Counted from the first letter of the stretch, positions 27,104 through 42,312 are shown. The stretch is 64,000 bases of DNA from Amoebidium appalachense (GCA_963693365.1 CAVNZM010000002.1:10534328-10598327); one strand, 5' to 3'. Notes: generated by a model from the sequence alone, not told the origin. Program-made: numbers and translations.

Positions 27104-30100
27104 CCCCACCCCGGAACGGGGGGGTGGGGGAGGGGGTTCTTCTGTATACGATGCCCCTGATACCCATTACATGCACTGGGACCTAGGTTTTTTCTTTCGC
27201 TTGTAATGCTCAGTTTGCGGTGACCTAGAGGCACACATGGGAGACGCACATAACAAAGCCATGTGATGTCGACGGACTAGGGGAGGTGCAAGTATGCAGG
27301 CATGAGCATGCATGCATGGTGTCTGCCGTGTGCTTACGGCTGGCACGTGTTGCAGACACCGATTGCAGTGGGGGTGACGCTGGGCAGCTTCACGGCTCGG
27401 TCGACCAGCAGCGACTGGCAGATCAAGTTCATTCAGGGCGACAACCCCATTTCCTACAAGCTGCTGGACCTTCAAGGCTTGGCCCTGTACTACGAGACCG
27501 TGCGCACCCCTAATGCCTGTGGGAGGGGGGGGGGGGGAGGCTTTGACCGGGAGAGGGGTGCAGAATGCAAAGATGACGCGGGCCAAGGACATGAAGCTGC
27601 AGGACTTCTTTGCCATGATGGCCGTTGGCATTGCCCGGTCGGCTGGTGCGTGTGTGGCCACGGGCTGGGCTGGGGCTGGGAGCAGTGCTTATCTGGGTTG
27701 AATGTGCAGGGGGTGGCCAGCCGTTCATCCTGCAGCCGGTGAACTGCGAGGCCAAGGTGGTGCTCAACAACTCCCGGCCCCTGGACCTGGCCATGCCCCG
27801 CCAGGCCGTCACCATATCCCTGCCGGCCATCCCCATCCACCTGCAGGGTACGTGCCCCTGGCTCCGAGTCGTGCCTGGGCCGTGCTGACGGCCTGGGTGC
27901 AGATGCGCAGTATCAGAGCTGCATGCAGGTGCTGGAGGCCTTTTCCAGGGCACGCCGCGGGGAGCGCTACAGGAAGTTCCGGCCGCAGCCGGGTAAGTGC
28001 ACATGTTTGCGGGCAGGGCAGGGCATGGTTGCTGACGCACGGCACAGTGGCTGGAGAGTCTCGACTGAATGTCCGACAGCTGTGGGGGTTTGCGCTGGCA
28101 TCTGTGCTGGCCGACATCAAGGAGCGCAACAGGTAGGTGCCGGGCAGGCAGGGTGCGGGCACTGGCACGCCGTGGCTGAGCACATTGGGGCTGGCAGGCG
28201 CTACACGTGGGAATACTTCATGCAGCGGCGCAAGGACCGCATTGCATACGTGGCGGCCTATGTGCAGAAGAAGACCCTGACGGCGCTGCCGCCCGAGGTC
28301 ACCAAGACCCTGCAGGCCCTGGAGGTCAGGCTGCCCTTTGAGGATATCCGCTACTTCAGGTGCCTGGGCGATGTGAAGCTCAGAAACGAGCGCCCGCTCA
28401 GAGAGGCTGCCGCAAAGGTGGGCGCTTTTTTCACCAGCAGCCGCCATGCCTGCCCATGTGTGTCAGAGCTCGGGCCACGTACTGACCACACATTGCGCAG
28501 CGAGCACGGGAAGAGCGCCAGGCAGCTGCCAACCAGGCACAAGGCGGGAGTTGGTTTTCTGGTCTGTGGGGGCCCGACCCAAAGCCGGGCCAGGCCGCAG
28601 GGGCAGGGCCATCGACCGAGCAGGTGAGGAGTGCAGTGCAGCCTGCTGCATCATCGGGCGACTGCATGCTTAGGGGTTCACACGGGGCATTGCAAGCAGC
28701 CAGACGCGGCAAAGGACGCTGCACCGGCACCCACGGCACTGGCGCTGAGCAGTGAGCAGCGGCAGGAGCTGTTTGCAGCCATCGGGTATGTGGGCGAGCA
28801 GGACGAGCCCGACAGCATGCTGCCGCCCAGCTACGTGTCCAGCCGCCTGGCCTTTACTCTGCAGAAGGGCTCGTTTGCCCTGACCACCCTGCAGCCCAAC
28901 CGCACAAAGGTGCGCCTGTGCTTGCTGCCTGCATGGCGGGCAGGGGCCTGACCGGGAGTTGCAGGCCACACTGGTGGAGGTGGAGTTCAGCGACCTGGTG
29001 GCCACCCTCAGCCACCGGGCCGGCAGCAGCAGCCTGCTGACGGAGATCTCCCTCGGATCCCTGGCCCTGCACGACAAGATCACCCGCAATGCCCAGTTCC
29101 CGGCCATTGTGCGCCCGGTCAGCGAGCAGCCCGTGGGTCTGGCCGCCCTGCTGGACACCCCTAAGGGGTGGGTGGAGGGGCCTATGGCAAGGGTGGTGCC
29201 GGGCTGGTGGCTAACACGTCATGCATGTGCCAGGCACAGCCGAAAGCCGTCCAACAGCGGGGGCTGGAAGGAGGCGCTGTTCTCCATGGTGCACGAGACA
29301 AACCCGCTGAACAGCAAGGCCGATGCATATGTGGCCATCCACTCAAAGGCCCTGGTGTGTGCCCCTTGCTTGGGCCCCTAGGTCATGGCCCTTCAGCCTG
29401 CTCACGGCTTGCCCCGCAGTTCCTTGTGTACAACCCAACAGTGGTGAAAAAGGTGGTCAAGTTCTTCACCCCCCCGGAGGATCTGCAGGTATGTACACCT
29501 TGCAGGTGCCGGCGCGGGCCTGGTGCCAACGGGGGCTGGGCATGCAGGTGGCGCACGACCTTGCAGCGGCAGCCCAGCGGCAGATGGAGACCACCAGCCT
29601 GAGCGTGTGGACGGCCCTGTACAGCCGCAGCGTGTACGACGTGTCCATAGTCATCGAGGCCCCCAACATCGTCATCCCCGAACGGTACCCATCCCTGCCA
29701 CCCCGGCACCTGCTGGCCGGCAGGGTTGCTGACTTTGCCACAGGGCCGACGACCCCAACTGTGCCGTGGCCGTGCTGGATCTGGGCCAGCTCAAGGTCAC
29801 CAGCGTCCCGAGGGCCTCCCATAAGCGCCGCCACAAGCGCACACACACAAACTCCGCAGACGATGACTTCGTCACTCCGGCAGAGACGCCCTCGGAGCTG
29901 GAAGGGTGAGTGGGTGTGGTGGCTGTGTCATGGTGGGCACCAGCTGACACAGCAGGGGGCCGGCAGATTGGCCGGGGGCAGTGCCAAAGACATCGAGCAG
30001 TTCCTGTACGACCGCTTTGTGCTGGAGCTGAACGATGCCCAGGTGCCCGCCCTGCGCCATGGCATGTGGGTGTCGTGAGGGGGTTGCTGACTGGCTTGCT

Positions 30101-33100
30101 TGCAGCTACTGTGTTCGCGGGTGTCAGCACCGTGGCAGGCAGCCATGCAGAAGGCCACCAGCAGCATGCACGTGGTGGACAAGTTCAGCATGCGCCTGGA
30201 CATGGCCAAGTGCATCACAAAGGTGGTCCTCCCTGCCTGCCCCTGCTGGCCACATCCTGACTACCCCCCCCTTCCCCCCCAGGCCTTGCAGGAGTACCCC
30301 AACACAAAGCTGACGGCCAACCTGCCCTCGCTGGAGGTGCATGCCTCAGACCAGAAGGTGGCCCCTCCCCCATGCCGGGCCTAGGCCCTGGCGCCACGGT
30401 GCTGACCAGGGCGTGGCAGATTGCCGACGTGGCCAGTTGCTTTGTGGGGGCATTTGGGCGCAGTGGCAGCGGCAGCCGGGGGGCAGGGGAGGCCAGTCTG
30501 TCAGCACACCAGTCGGTGCTGGAGGGGGAGGCCACGGCCGACGATGACCAGCTGTTTGCGCAGCTACTGATGGACCGCGAGATCCAGGTGGGTGCCTGAC
30601 GGGCCCTGCTGCCCCAGCATGGGGCCCGGGCAGTCCATGCATGCTGCCGACCCTGCCATGTTGCAGTCAGTTTTCCTGCAGTATGCAGTCGTCGATAGCC
30701 ACACAGTTTGCCCCTAGTACTGCTGTATACCTATCCACCTTTCCAGTGTGCCAGACATGCAGGTTTTTGTGCTCCGGTTCCATTGGATTAATTGTCACAC
30801 ACCCCACCCCCCCCTCCCCTCTTCCCCCCTCCCTCTTTTTTTTTGAATATGTAAAAATGTGCTGCCAAATGACCTGTGCCCAGCAACAGCCTGAGAGGCA
30901 ACTATTCGAAGTGTCCGTATTATCTAGTATACGTAGCCGAGTCGTATATAATTGCTTCCTAGGCCCGTGGTAAACGGCTCGGCCGGCCTATCTCTTTGGT
31001 GGCAGTGTTCTAACGGTTGGCAGGCAGTCGATGTAGAAAGATCATCACCCCATACATAGGCAAAGCCGATGGCTGGACCTGGTGGCAGTCCGGGGTCATA
31101 TTGGCGTCACCCCACAAACTGCCGATGTTAACCTGGAAACACGGTTCATTTGTGTCCTTCAGCTCCTCTCGTTCTCATGCTTACTTTCCTGCACGGGCAG
31201 AATCTCCAAGGATGGGGCTAAAACGCTAGTGCTTGAATATCCCTTCTGATTCAAAAACATATGAAGTTGGGTAATAACAATGCATGTAGCCCCACCGAGG
31301 GCTTGAACAAGTATGCGCCGCCATTCAGTGGGTCAGGCAGCAGGCTGACGAGGGTGTTTTTTCTTAGCCCAAAGTGCGGAACCCAGCAACCGTGCTGGTG
31401 CAGGCAACGTTTGAGATGCCTCACATCCTGGTGACCCTGCACAGCAGCCACGACGTGTCGGGTGGGTGCTCTCGTATGCTCAATTTGCTAGTGCAGCCCA
31501 TTGCGACCACGCAGAGATGGTTGTTATCAACATGATCCCCGGCAATTGCTCCTGTGCTGTGCAGGCGAATTGATGTGTGCTTGAACCCTTGTGCATGTGC
31601 ATGACACACACACAGCAAGGCCCCAGCTTGCTAGTCATGGTGTTTGTTACCTAGTTCCTCAGAGGGACCTGGAGGGCCGGAAGCATAAGGCTCAGGGGTT
31701 TAGCTGTGTTGGCCACAAAGGTGCCTTGCGCAACACATGGTCCCTGGGTTTCGGAACCTGGTTGCTGCTAGGATGCTGGCTGGGCATGCACATGGGGTGG
31801 CTGTGGCGGGCTGCATGAGCAACAAAGGCATGTGCTGAGGGGGCATTGCAGGGGTGCTGGAGGCCGAGGGGGTGGAAGGGCTGGAGCGGGGGCGGGCGTT
31901 GATTGGGCTGGAGGTCACGGGGGTGGCCATGTCGTTTGTGCAGCGTTACTACGACACCAAGGCATCCTTCACCGTGGAATCCGTCGAGATCCCCGACCTG
32001 CAGGGCCTGGGCGGGCCCCAGTTCCCGTGCCTGCTGACCTCCAGGTAGTGCCCAGCTTGGTGGCAATCTGACTGGTGCAACGTTCGAACACTAAATGTTT
32101 GCACTTTATAAGGCTGCATAAAAGCCACAGGCCAGCGTGTTAAATCGGCTTTAGAGGACTCGGGCATTTTAATTCGTGGAACAGTTAAAGGCTTATTTCT
32201 GATTGGTAGGACAACCAACCACAAGTTTCTTGATTATTTGGCTCATTGGACGCTCATCTGTCAGAGGCCGGTATTCAGACTGCTGGTCATATAAGGTTAC
32301 TTACCTGTCCAAACTGCCCAAAGAGGCTAGCCAGTTTTGAGTTTCCAATTTTGTTGGATAAGCCTTTCCCTATGCTCAGCCAGCGCATTGCCACATGGCC
32401 GGCCTGCTGATGGGGTGTCACAGGGACCAGCGCAGCAAGGAGGTGGCTGCTGCAGGGCAGGAGCTGCCCGTGCCGCTGGGCCTGTGGGCCAAGCACCATA
32501 CCAGCCTGGCCAGCCTGGACCAGCCTATGGGCCCCCCCTCCGACACCGACACACGGCTCATCACCTTCACATGGCACAGGATCGACCCCCAGCATCCCAA
32601 CTTTGCCACCGTGCACGAGGTGGGTGTGGGGCCGTGGGCGGGTGGGGCTGGGGCGGTGATCTGAGGGGCTGGTGCTGCAGGGCTGCGAGGTGCAGATGGA
32701 CGTGTCGTTCAACACGCTGACCATGCACGTGGTGCCCGACACCATTGCCGAGGTGCGCGCCTTTGCCCAGGCCCTCTCCGACACCTTTGACCGCCTGACC
32801 CTGGGCCCCTCCCCGGCTGTGAGCCGTACGGCCTCCCTGGACCACCCAGCCGACCCCCCTGGCTCGGACTTTGGTGACCTGGCCGACCACCAGGCTGGCC
32901 CGGCCCACCAGCCACGCATCCGGCTGACGGCCCAGTTCAAACAGCTGGGCGTGACCCTGGTGCAGGTGCGTGTGCTGGCACGGGTGCCTAGGGCGGGCCG
33001 GATGTGGGCGCTGACGCAAAGGGGGCCGCAGAACAAGCAGCCGGTGCTGTCTGCAGACATGGGCGGGTTCCAGGTGGCCATGGACAGCAGTGCCGACAGC

Positions 33101-36100
33101 CTGCAGCTAAAGGTCCGTGCCACGGCGCTGGGACCGGGGGCAGCGCACTGAATGTTGGGCGCAGGGCAAGGTCATGGGCATCTGTGTGCTGGACCGCACC
33201 CCTGAGGGCCGGCGCTACCGCAACGTGGTGTCCAACTACGCCAAGGAGGTGCGTGCGCACTGGCGGCCAGGCAGGTGGGCAGGGCAGCTGATGGACCGGC
33301 ACAGGTGCTGAGCTTCGACATCACCAAGCACAACAAAGGCAGCACGGACCACCGGGCAGAGGAGATGACCGTACACGTGCGCACGGGTGATTTGAAGGTT
33401 TTCTACACCGAAAGGTACAGCCCTGCTTGCCCAGGGGTTGTGTGCAGGGGCCATGGGTGACAGTGCGGGCAGGTTCTACCAGCTGGTGACGGTGTACTTT
33501 GCCAACTTCCGCTATGCATACCGGCTCTACCAGGCTGCGGCATCTGCTGCTGCTGGGGCCGCAGCTAGCCTGACAAAATCGGTGTGCTGGCTGGACAAGC
33601 GGGGAGGGGAGGGTGGAGGGAGGGTGGGGGGGCTAATGGGGGTGTGCAGGTGGAGTGGGCCAAGCTAGATGTGGTGGTGGACTCGCCCATGATTGTGCTG
33701 CCACGCAACGCCACCTCGGACCAGGTGCTGGTCGGCAACCTGGGCCGGCTGACAGTCAGCAACCAGCTGGCGGCCCACCCGGTCACCGGCCAGAGTGCGT
33801 GGGCCTGGATGCTGCCTGCTGGCACGGCGGCCCGGGCAGGCTGGCTGATGGGGGGCACAGCTGCGGACGTGATGACCGTGGGGCTCAGCGAGATGGCCCT
33901 GTACACGGGCCTGCGGGACAACGTGGTGGACAGGCTGGCCTCCATGGGCCCCGCATCCCCAGGCCTGCCGGGGGGCCTCCAGGCCAGCAACTACATGTTG
34001 GGCCAGCCCATGGTTCACGACATCACGTAGGCTGCCCCCTCGTGCCCCTGCCATGGCCTGCGTGTGCCGTGCTGACCGGCGTGCACGCAGCTTCGACCTG
34101 GTGGTCACCAGCCTGGTGGAGGCCCCCCAATCTACGGACATTGCCCCCCGGGAGATCAGCGGCAAGATATCCGACATCCAAATCACGCTTTCACAGGTGG
34201 GATCATGGGGGGCCATGTGCAGGGCGCTGGTGGGGGTGTGCTGAGTGTGCTGGGGTTGCAGAAGGGCTACCAGCAGCTGATGGGCACCATCGACGAGAAC
34301 CTCATGTACCAGCTGCCCGGCAGCGAGATGGCCAGCCTGGGCCTGCTGGCCGATCCCGACAGCACCTCTGTGGGTGCGTGCCTATGTAACCTGGGGGTGG
34401 GCACTGGGGCAGGCTGACTGGGCGTGGGCCAGACACCATGTCGGTGGCGTCGGAGCTGGGCAGCGAGGATGTGGAGGGCCTGGTCATGACCGTGGACATC
34501 CGGGTGCCCCATGTGCGCCTGCTGCTCCGCACAGAGGCCCCGGACCAGCCTGGTGCCCCCCTGCAGCGCAATGCTGGTGGGCTGCCCTCGGTTCCCCCTC
34601 CCCCCCCCCCCCCCCCCCTCCCCCCCGTATCCAGGGTGGCCGGTGGCTGAGTCGGGGGCATCCAGCAGGGCTGCAGCAGGGCCTGGCGCTGCGGGAGCAG
34701 GACCTGTGCGAGGTGGTGGCCGAGGGGTTCTCCCTGGCGGTGCGACGCAGGGCCCACGACTTTGTGGCCGACGTGGCCCTGCAGGGCCTGCGCATCACAG
34801 ACCTGCTGCAGGTGCATGCCTGCCCCGTGTGTGCCCCTGTGCGTGGCCATGCACTAACCAGCAGGCCGGGGGCCAGGAGACTGACAAGGAAAATGCCGTC
34901 ATGGCCACGGACCAGCCTGACCTTGGCTGTAAGTTGCTCATGCCCCACAGGCACCCATGGTTTGCACTCACATAGACGACAGTGGCCGGCACGTCTAGCA
35001 CACACTATCAATGGACGGTTTGTAACAGCTTGGGATGTCCATACTTGAGCAGCCAATAACGAAAAGACATGAAGATGTAGGTGCACCCTTGCCGACGTCG
35101 GCTCTGGTGTCAAATTGGCCCACCTTTGGAATCCAATCGCCAAGGATCGCAGGAATAGCGCTAATATTGTTGCAAGTGCAGGGTACCTCTGAAAAGCATT
35201 TTTTCTTACCTTTCGAACGATACCAAGAAAGCGCCTGCGCTGCGAAACTATGAGAGCAACACAGCTCACAAAGATGTTAGGTTAACTTTTTTTTTAACGG
35301 GGAATCTGGACTGCCATTTGGCTGGATCTGACCGATTTCCGCCTGGGGCCGGTTAACCACAATCAATAACTCATTGCGAAAATTCATCATCGGCGCCAGA
35401 AGCAAAAAAACATGTATATGCAGCTCCATATATGTACATACTTAGTAGAAATAAAAGATGAGTTATTTTTCTTATTCATAGTGATTTTTTTTTCTCGTAT
35501 AATATACTTCTATGGTTTATTAGTCGCCGCTCGTACATAGTGCAAAAGGTGGGCCGATTCAGGCAATTTACTGTATGCAATCTGCCATAGTTACTGGGAT
35601 GGTACATTGCAAGGTTTGTACGCCATCAAGTTGGAGCGTGTGTTCCTACACCCCAGAGGAGACTAAATGTGTCTTTGGGCACTGCAAATGCCCAAAGACA
35701 TTGCATTTGCAGTGCCCAAAGACATTGCATTAGCGCAAACCACACCTTGTTGTAGAGCATCCCGTCTATTGGTACTTCGGCATTCGATAGAATTAGTTAA
35801 ACCGTGAGCCCGGCTAGCTGTAGTCGAGCACACCAACCTTGCCCTTGGGTGCTCAGATTAGGGTCTGCCTGCACATGCACCAGCGGACGCTGTGGGACAA
35901 TGGCAGAGACGCTTCGGGCTGCATGCCTGTGTATCTGCACCGTGGGTGTGGGGGGTTTTGCATGGTTTTTTCAGATAGCGGCTAGCTGTGAGGGCCTGCA
36001 TTGATGGTGCAGGAACAGCCATCGGGGGGCTGCCAGGGTCGGACGGGGGTGACGGGGAGGAGCGGCATTCCCTGGTGGCCATCCGGGTCAGCAAGGCCGA

Positions 36101-39100
36101 TGCGCTGTCGCCTGTGTTCCAGCAGCAGAACGGGCTGGGCCGGGTGGTGGACATCCGGCTGCACGACGTGGGCCTGCTGGTCAACATGGAGACCTGGGTG
36201 CTGCTGATCGACTTCTTCCTCAGCAACGAGAATAGCGCCCTGCCTCCGTCCCCGGCAAAGGTCCCTGCCCTCCCCCTCCCCTCTCCACCCCCCTCCCCCC
36301 CCTCCCCCCCCTTCAGGCACGTGCTAACCCCAACCCACAGGGCCAGAGCGCTGGGGGCCCAGGGCGGGCTGGGGAGCAGCCAGCAAAGAAGACGGCACGG
36401 GATGCCGAGGTGTGGAACATCAGCGCCCGCACGCTCATCCTCACCTTGAACAAGGGCCGGCGGCAGCTGGCCCGGTTTGATGCGCGCAAGATCGAGTTCA
36501 CGGCGCACCTGGGGGGCCTGTATGACGACGGGGGGGTGCGGTTTGACGGCAAGCTGGGCTGGTGGGCACTGCACCGGCAAAGGCTGGGGGGTGGCGGGCA
36601 GGCACTGATGCACAGGGCAGGCTGAGGGTGCTGGACCTGACGCCAAGGGGCGCCCTGTACTCCACGGTCTTCATCACGTCGGGCGGCGAGATGCTGAGCT
36701 TCAGCTACACAAAGCTGGGCAATGCCGCCCCTGTGGGCAAGCAGCTGCAGGTGCGTGGGGTGGGCCCTGGTGTGGCACGTGGGGCCTTGGCTGCTGCTGA
36801 CTGAGCCACGCAGGACCTGGACCACCCGGCAAAGGTCGGGGACTCACTGCTGCGGCTCAAGATCGGGTATGGTTTGCTGGGCCGGCAGAGCAGGGGGCCG
36901 GGCAGGGTGGTGACGGTGGGTGCAGGGAGGCGTATGTGGTGTACTGCCGGCGGTTCATTGACCAGCTGTTCGAGTACATCTTCCAGTTTCAGCACCTGCA
37001 GGACCTGCTCAGCTACCTGCGCACCGGCCAGGCCCAGCAGGACGGCCTGCGCTTCTACTACAGCATCAGCCTGCTCAAGTATGGCCCCTGCAACCCCCCC
37101 CCCCCCCCCTCCCAGGCCGCAGGCGCATGCTGACGGGCCACCTGCAGCCCCGGCATTGTGGTGCCTGCATCGTCCACATCCTCACTGGCGCTGATTGCGT
37201 ACCTGGGCAACATCACCGTCAACAACAGCTACGTCAACAGGCCCCCCCAGCAAGACGTACCAGCCCTCCCCTCCCCGGGGTGGCTTCGGCATGCTGCTGA
37301 CCATGGTCGGGGGCAGGGCCAGGGCGGTCCCGATAGCTACTGGCTGGACTGCATTGCCGTGGACATGGCCGACATGGCCCTGTGGTCGGCCCGCCTGCGC
37401 CCCACCATGCTGCACGGCCACATGACCGTCTTCAATGGCAACACTCCCCCCCCCCCCCCCCCTGTCCCCCCTACCCCCATCCCCTCTGCCTCATCCGGCC
37501 CACCCCTTTTCAATGAAGGGATGTATGTTTTGGGTTGCAGGGCGAGGTGAGCGGGTCGCAACTCGGATACTGTGTTTAGTGTGAGCTTCCCCCTAAGGAT
37601 GGGCCGTTCTTGTGTTGCATACTGTATATAAGCGTTATGGTATTTGTTCTGAACTGTACTTCGTCCTGTGTGCCACGTTATTCCCCCCCCTCCCCCCCCC
37701 CCCCCCCCCCCTCTTTTTTTCCTTCTCCCTGTCCCTTCCAACCCACGCACTCCTGTGCTCTTGGGAAAAACCTTTACACACTCCCGTGCAGATGGTGCGG
37801 CCGGGGTGGCAGGAAGCCGTCGAAGGACAACCGGTATGTGGGCGTGATTTCTTGGTCATGGGCAAGTGCGGGTATCACTGAACACAGCAGCCAATGGGAA
37901 TAGCCAGACTTGCCGGTTCCCGGACGGAGACTTTTTTTTGGCCTTAGGCATGGGTGTTGGTCTGTGGCCATGGGCTGAAGGAACGTAGATCATGGATAGG
38001 TGCTTGGCTACGACACAGGCACCGGCACGTTGAAAGTTCGATGAACGACCACCATGCCATGGCTGCAGGGCCGGTAGTGTGTGTGGGCCATGCTGACGGG
38101 CCATGACAGACACAGCCGAGGGCTGGGGGGACCTGCGGGTGGTGTCTGTGCAGCGCATCATCCGGGAGTGCAGCAGCAGCCTCACGGTCGAGCGCCGCCT
38201 GGCCCCGTCCGGAACCCCAGAGGTGCGTGGCTAGGGCCAGGTTGTGGGGGCCAGATGCTGATGGGCTGTGCAGAGCCTGCTGGGGCCACAGTACCGGGTG
38301 CAGTGGAGGGTGGCCGATGGCGGGGTAGTGCTGGACGATCTGAGCCACGCCATAGTGCGGGCCCTGCTGGAGGCCGGCAACCTGGCTGAGACCCCCATGC
38401 CCGACGACCCCGTCCAGCTGGCCCCGGCCCAACAGCCCCCCAGCATGGACAGTGGTATGCACAGCCAGCCCTGGGGCCAAGGCCCAGGCACGTGCTGACC
38501 GGGGCAGGGGCGGGCACAGGGCAAGTGGCTGACGAGCAGATGCTGGTCTTTGAGCTGCAAATGTCGGGCATGACTCTCGAGGTGGGTGCCATGCGCCCTA
38601 GCCCATGTGCAAATGTGCCTGTGCTGCTGCCGCCCTGGGCTTTAGGAGTGGGCCCTGCATGGTCGCCAAGGCAGACCGGTCGGGAATATATGCAGCCTAG
38701 CTATTCTGCTTGTGTGGTTGAAGCTCTAATGATGTGCCTGCAATTACCGAAGCCCCACTCGCTTAATTTCGACAGTGAGTGGACTAATGTGTATCCACGA
38801 CCCATGTGCCCCTCTGTTTTTCGCTAATATTAGGGCTCCCAGTGCTACTCACATGACGAAACTGCAGAGGTAAGCTGGAATAACTTTGTTTTAGCTCCAA
38901 ATTCATTTTTGGCTAGGCAAACATAGTATTTTTTTTTAATTTATATATTACAGACATGAATTTCTAATAGTAAATCGGCAACGCCATGCCATGCGCGCCC
39001 GACTGGTTTTATTCCACCAATCGATGCGCGGCTGTAGCGTAAGATCATCTCAGATTATGCTGTCAAGTTTGAGCCAATCGATGGAGCCCGTGATCAGGAC

Positions 39101-42084
39101 AATGATACATAGAAAGCTGGCGCTATATATACACCGATATTTTGGTGCTAATAACGTTGTATCTATACAAAATAAGACAAAAATGTATATATTTGTATTA
39201 TTTGAACATTAGACATACTTCTGTCAACGAAAAATGATTATTTTAAATTTCGCGCTTGGAGCAATGCTCATTACGTTCAGATTACGTCACATTCCAATGG
39301 GTGATAGCGATGCATTCCAAACATTTGATTGGCCTTTCTTGGAGCTTGCTTATCAGTGCGAGATCAGCCGGCAAGCTGCGGCGGGTCAGCGAGAGCCAGC
39401 ATAAAGCCGATCTGCGCATAGTAAAAAACCAATTTTTCATATATGAAGTCTTTGTGGTCGCGCACTATCGCTAAACCAATGATATCGTTGGAAAGAGCTA
39501 AGTTTTTGTGTTCTGGAGATATACAGTTATAGGGGGTTCTGATCAGCGATTCGGCAAATATTAGCGAAAAACCGAAGTGGATATGGCTCGTGGATACACA
39601 TCAGTCGAGATATCGATGCCATTGGTGATTGTACGTGTGGCCTCCGAACTAGGCAAAACCGACATCAGGTGTTTGGGCCGTGGCTGGCCACACACCTGAC
39701 GAGAGCTTTGTCTCCGTGTCTCAAAGAACCTGCAAGCGGTGTACGGTTTAGAGCAACCAGAGGATCCATTTTTCGGCCGTCTGCAGATTTACGTGGCCTG
39801 GCTTCAGACGTATCGATGTCAACACGTTGCTTGTGGCGGGCCTGGCAGTGGGATGACTGACGGGGCAATGGACAGGTCACCGAGTATGCCTACGACAAGA
39901 CGGTCACATCGTGGGGGGTGGGGTCTGAGCTGCCCAGTGTGGGCCTGGCACGGTTCACGCTGTTTGAGAGCACCGTGTGCTTCACCAGCACGGTGGGGGG
40001 CCAAAAGACCACCGACTTCAAGTGTGCCAGGTGGGTGCGCCCAGCCCGGGCTGGTCGTGGGGGCTGGGTGGGCGGCTGACTGTGGCAGCAGGCTGACGGC
40101 GGTTGATCTGCGGAGTGAGGCCCGGGGCAGTGCGCACCCCAACGTGCTGACGGACGAGGTCGAGTCGTACCTGACCGCTGGTGCGTGCACATGGGGGGCT
40201 GGGCCCGGGCCCGGCTGCTGACGGGCTGGGGCAGACCACACCCTAATAGCCCTGGACGACGAGCCATCCCTGCGGGTCACCTACCTGGCCCAGCCCACGG
40301 GCCAGGCATCCCTGGCCGTGCACCTCAACAAGAGCCGGCTGCTGTGGGTCTGGGACTTCTTCATGGAGGTGGCTGCCAGCCAGGCTGGGGGGCATGCATG
40401 GGGTTGCTGCTGACGGGGGAGCGCAGCTCAAGACATACCTGCTGGAGCCCCTCAACATCTACACGGACTGCGCCAACGGCCCCACCCTGGCCCTCCGCCG
40501 GGATCCACTGACGCCCCCAACAGCCTCCCAAAGTGCCGGCGCCGTGGACTCCGGGTATGGGTCTGGCCGGTGCAAAGGGCGGGCTGCAGACGGCCAGGCT
40601 GACGGGAGACCCACAGGCCCCTCAGGCAGCTGACCATGGGCAACCGGTTCGAGTGCACCATCTCCCTCAAGAAGCCGGAGCTGGTGTTCATTTATGGCAC
40701 GTGCCTTACCCCGGGGGGTTTGGGGGACTGGGGCAGATGGGGGCTGACAGGGGCGGGGGGCAGACCTGTCGTCAGCCAGCAGCTGCTCTGTGGCGGTGCA
40801 GTGCGATGCCGACCTCAGCCTGGACATGGCGCCGCACGCCAGCAGCGGGGCCATGTGGTGGCGGCTCAACTTGGCCAACGTGTTCTGCTACAGCTACTGG
40901 ATCGGCCACAAGGACACCATGGTGGCCCTGCTGGACCGCTGCAAGTTTGAGGCATGCCCCCCCCCCCCCCTTTTCTCTGGGTCACTGCGGGCCAGCCACT
41001 AACTGGGCACTGCAGCTCACGTGGCGCGAGCAGCTGCGCATGGAGGACACCCGGACCGAGGCCAGTGGCGATGTGGGGCTGCTGGTCGGGGAGAGCCCCG
41101 CGGCCGGGCCCAGGGCCGTGGTGGAGCGGGACTTCCGGCTGGAGTTCCAGGACGAGCCCGTCAAGCTGCGGCTGTCCCCGCAGGAGGTCGACCTGCTGCA
41201 GCGCATTGTGGACGTGCACTTCATGCCCAAGGCCCCCCAGGCCCAACCGCTCAGGTCCAATGCCCTCCTCCTCCCCATAAATGGTGGCGGCCGTGACTCA
41301 CATGGGGGGCGCAGTGCGGGGGGGCTGGCGGCCATGGGCATCAGCGACAAGCTGCTGTTCCTCAATGCCGAGGGCTACGAGAAGGCCTGGTGCAAGGCCG
41401 CCCTGGACCGCAACAACGGTGCCGCCCTGGCCCGGCATGCAGGTCATGGGGTGGGTGGGTGATTGCTGACTGCGGGGTGCAGAGGACCTGGACAATGCCG
41501 TCATGTGGCTGTCCTACAGCTACGACCCCGACGCCCCGCCCCCAGACCCTGGCGCACACCCCAGCATCGGCCCCGTGGTGCCCGTGCGCGCCATGCTGAG
41601 TGAAGACTTCACCCTCAACCGCGCCCAGGCCGGCCAGCACCACACCCAGGACCCCCAGCCCCCCGCCCCGGAGGCACGGCCCCCTGCGGGCATGGTGTGA
41701 GCCCTGGGCCAGGACACTGACGGCCATGCTGCAGGACGTGGCGGGGGCGGAGGGGCCGCAAGTGACATACCGGGAGATGTTCACGCTGTGCACGCAGCAG
41801 CCACTGACGGTGCAGCTCTACATGGCCAAGAATGGCCTGGTGATCCCCCTGGTCGAGGTGGGTGCCGTGGGAGGGGGCGGCAGGGGCTGGACCGGTGCTG
41901 AGGGGTGGGGCAGTTCACCAACGAGAACACGCTGCTAGACGTGCGCAACTGGAGCAGCAGCACCAACCTGCTGTACCAGGCCACCGTGCGCCTGGACTTC
42001 TACGACAGCCACATAGCCGCATGGGTGCCACTGGTCGAGCACTTCACCGTCGAGGTCAAGGTGCGCCTGACCTCCTCACCCCTC

Positions 42085-42124
<40 letters not shown>

Positions 42125-42263
42125 GTGTGAGCTGACTGGCCGGCAGCATGTGGACCACAAGGAGAAGGGCCGCATCATCCGCATGCGCAACTTTGGCACC
42201 GACCAGGGCCCACTAATGGTGCGTCTCGGGGCTTTCTTTTTTTTTTTTTTTTTTTTGCGCGGG

Positions 42264-42312
<49 letters not shown>

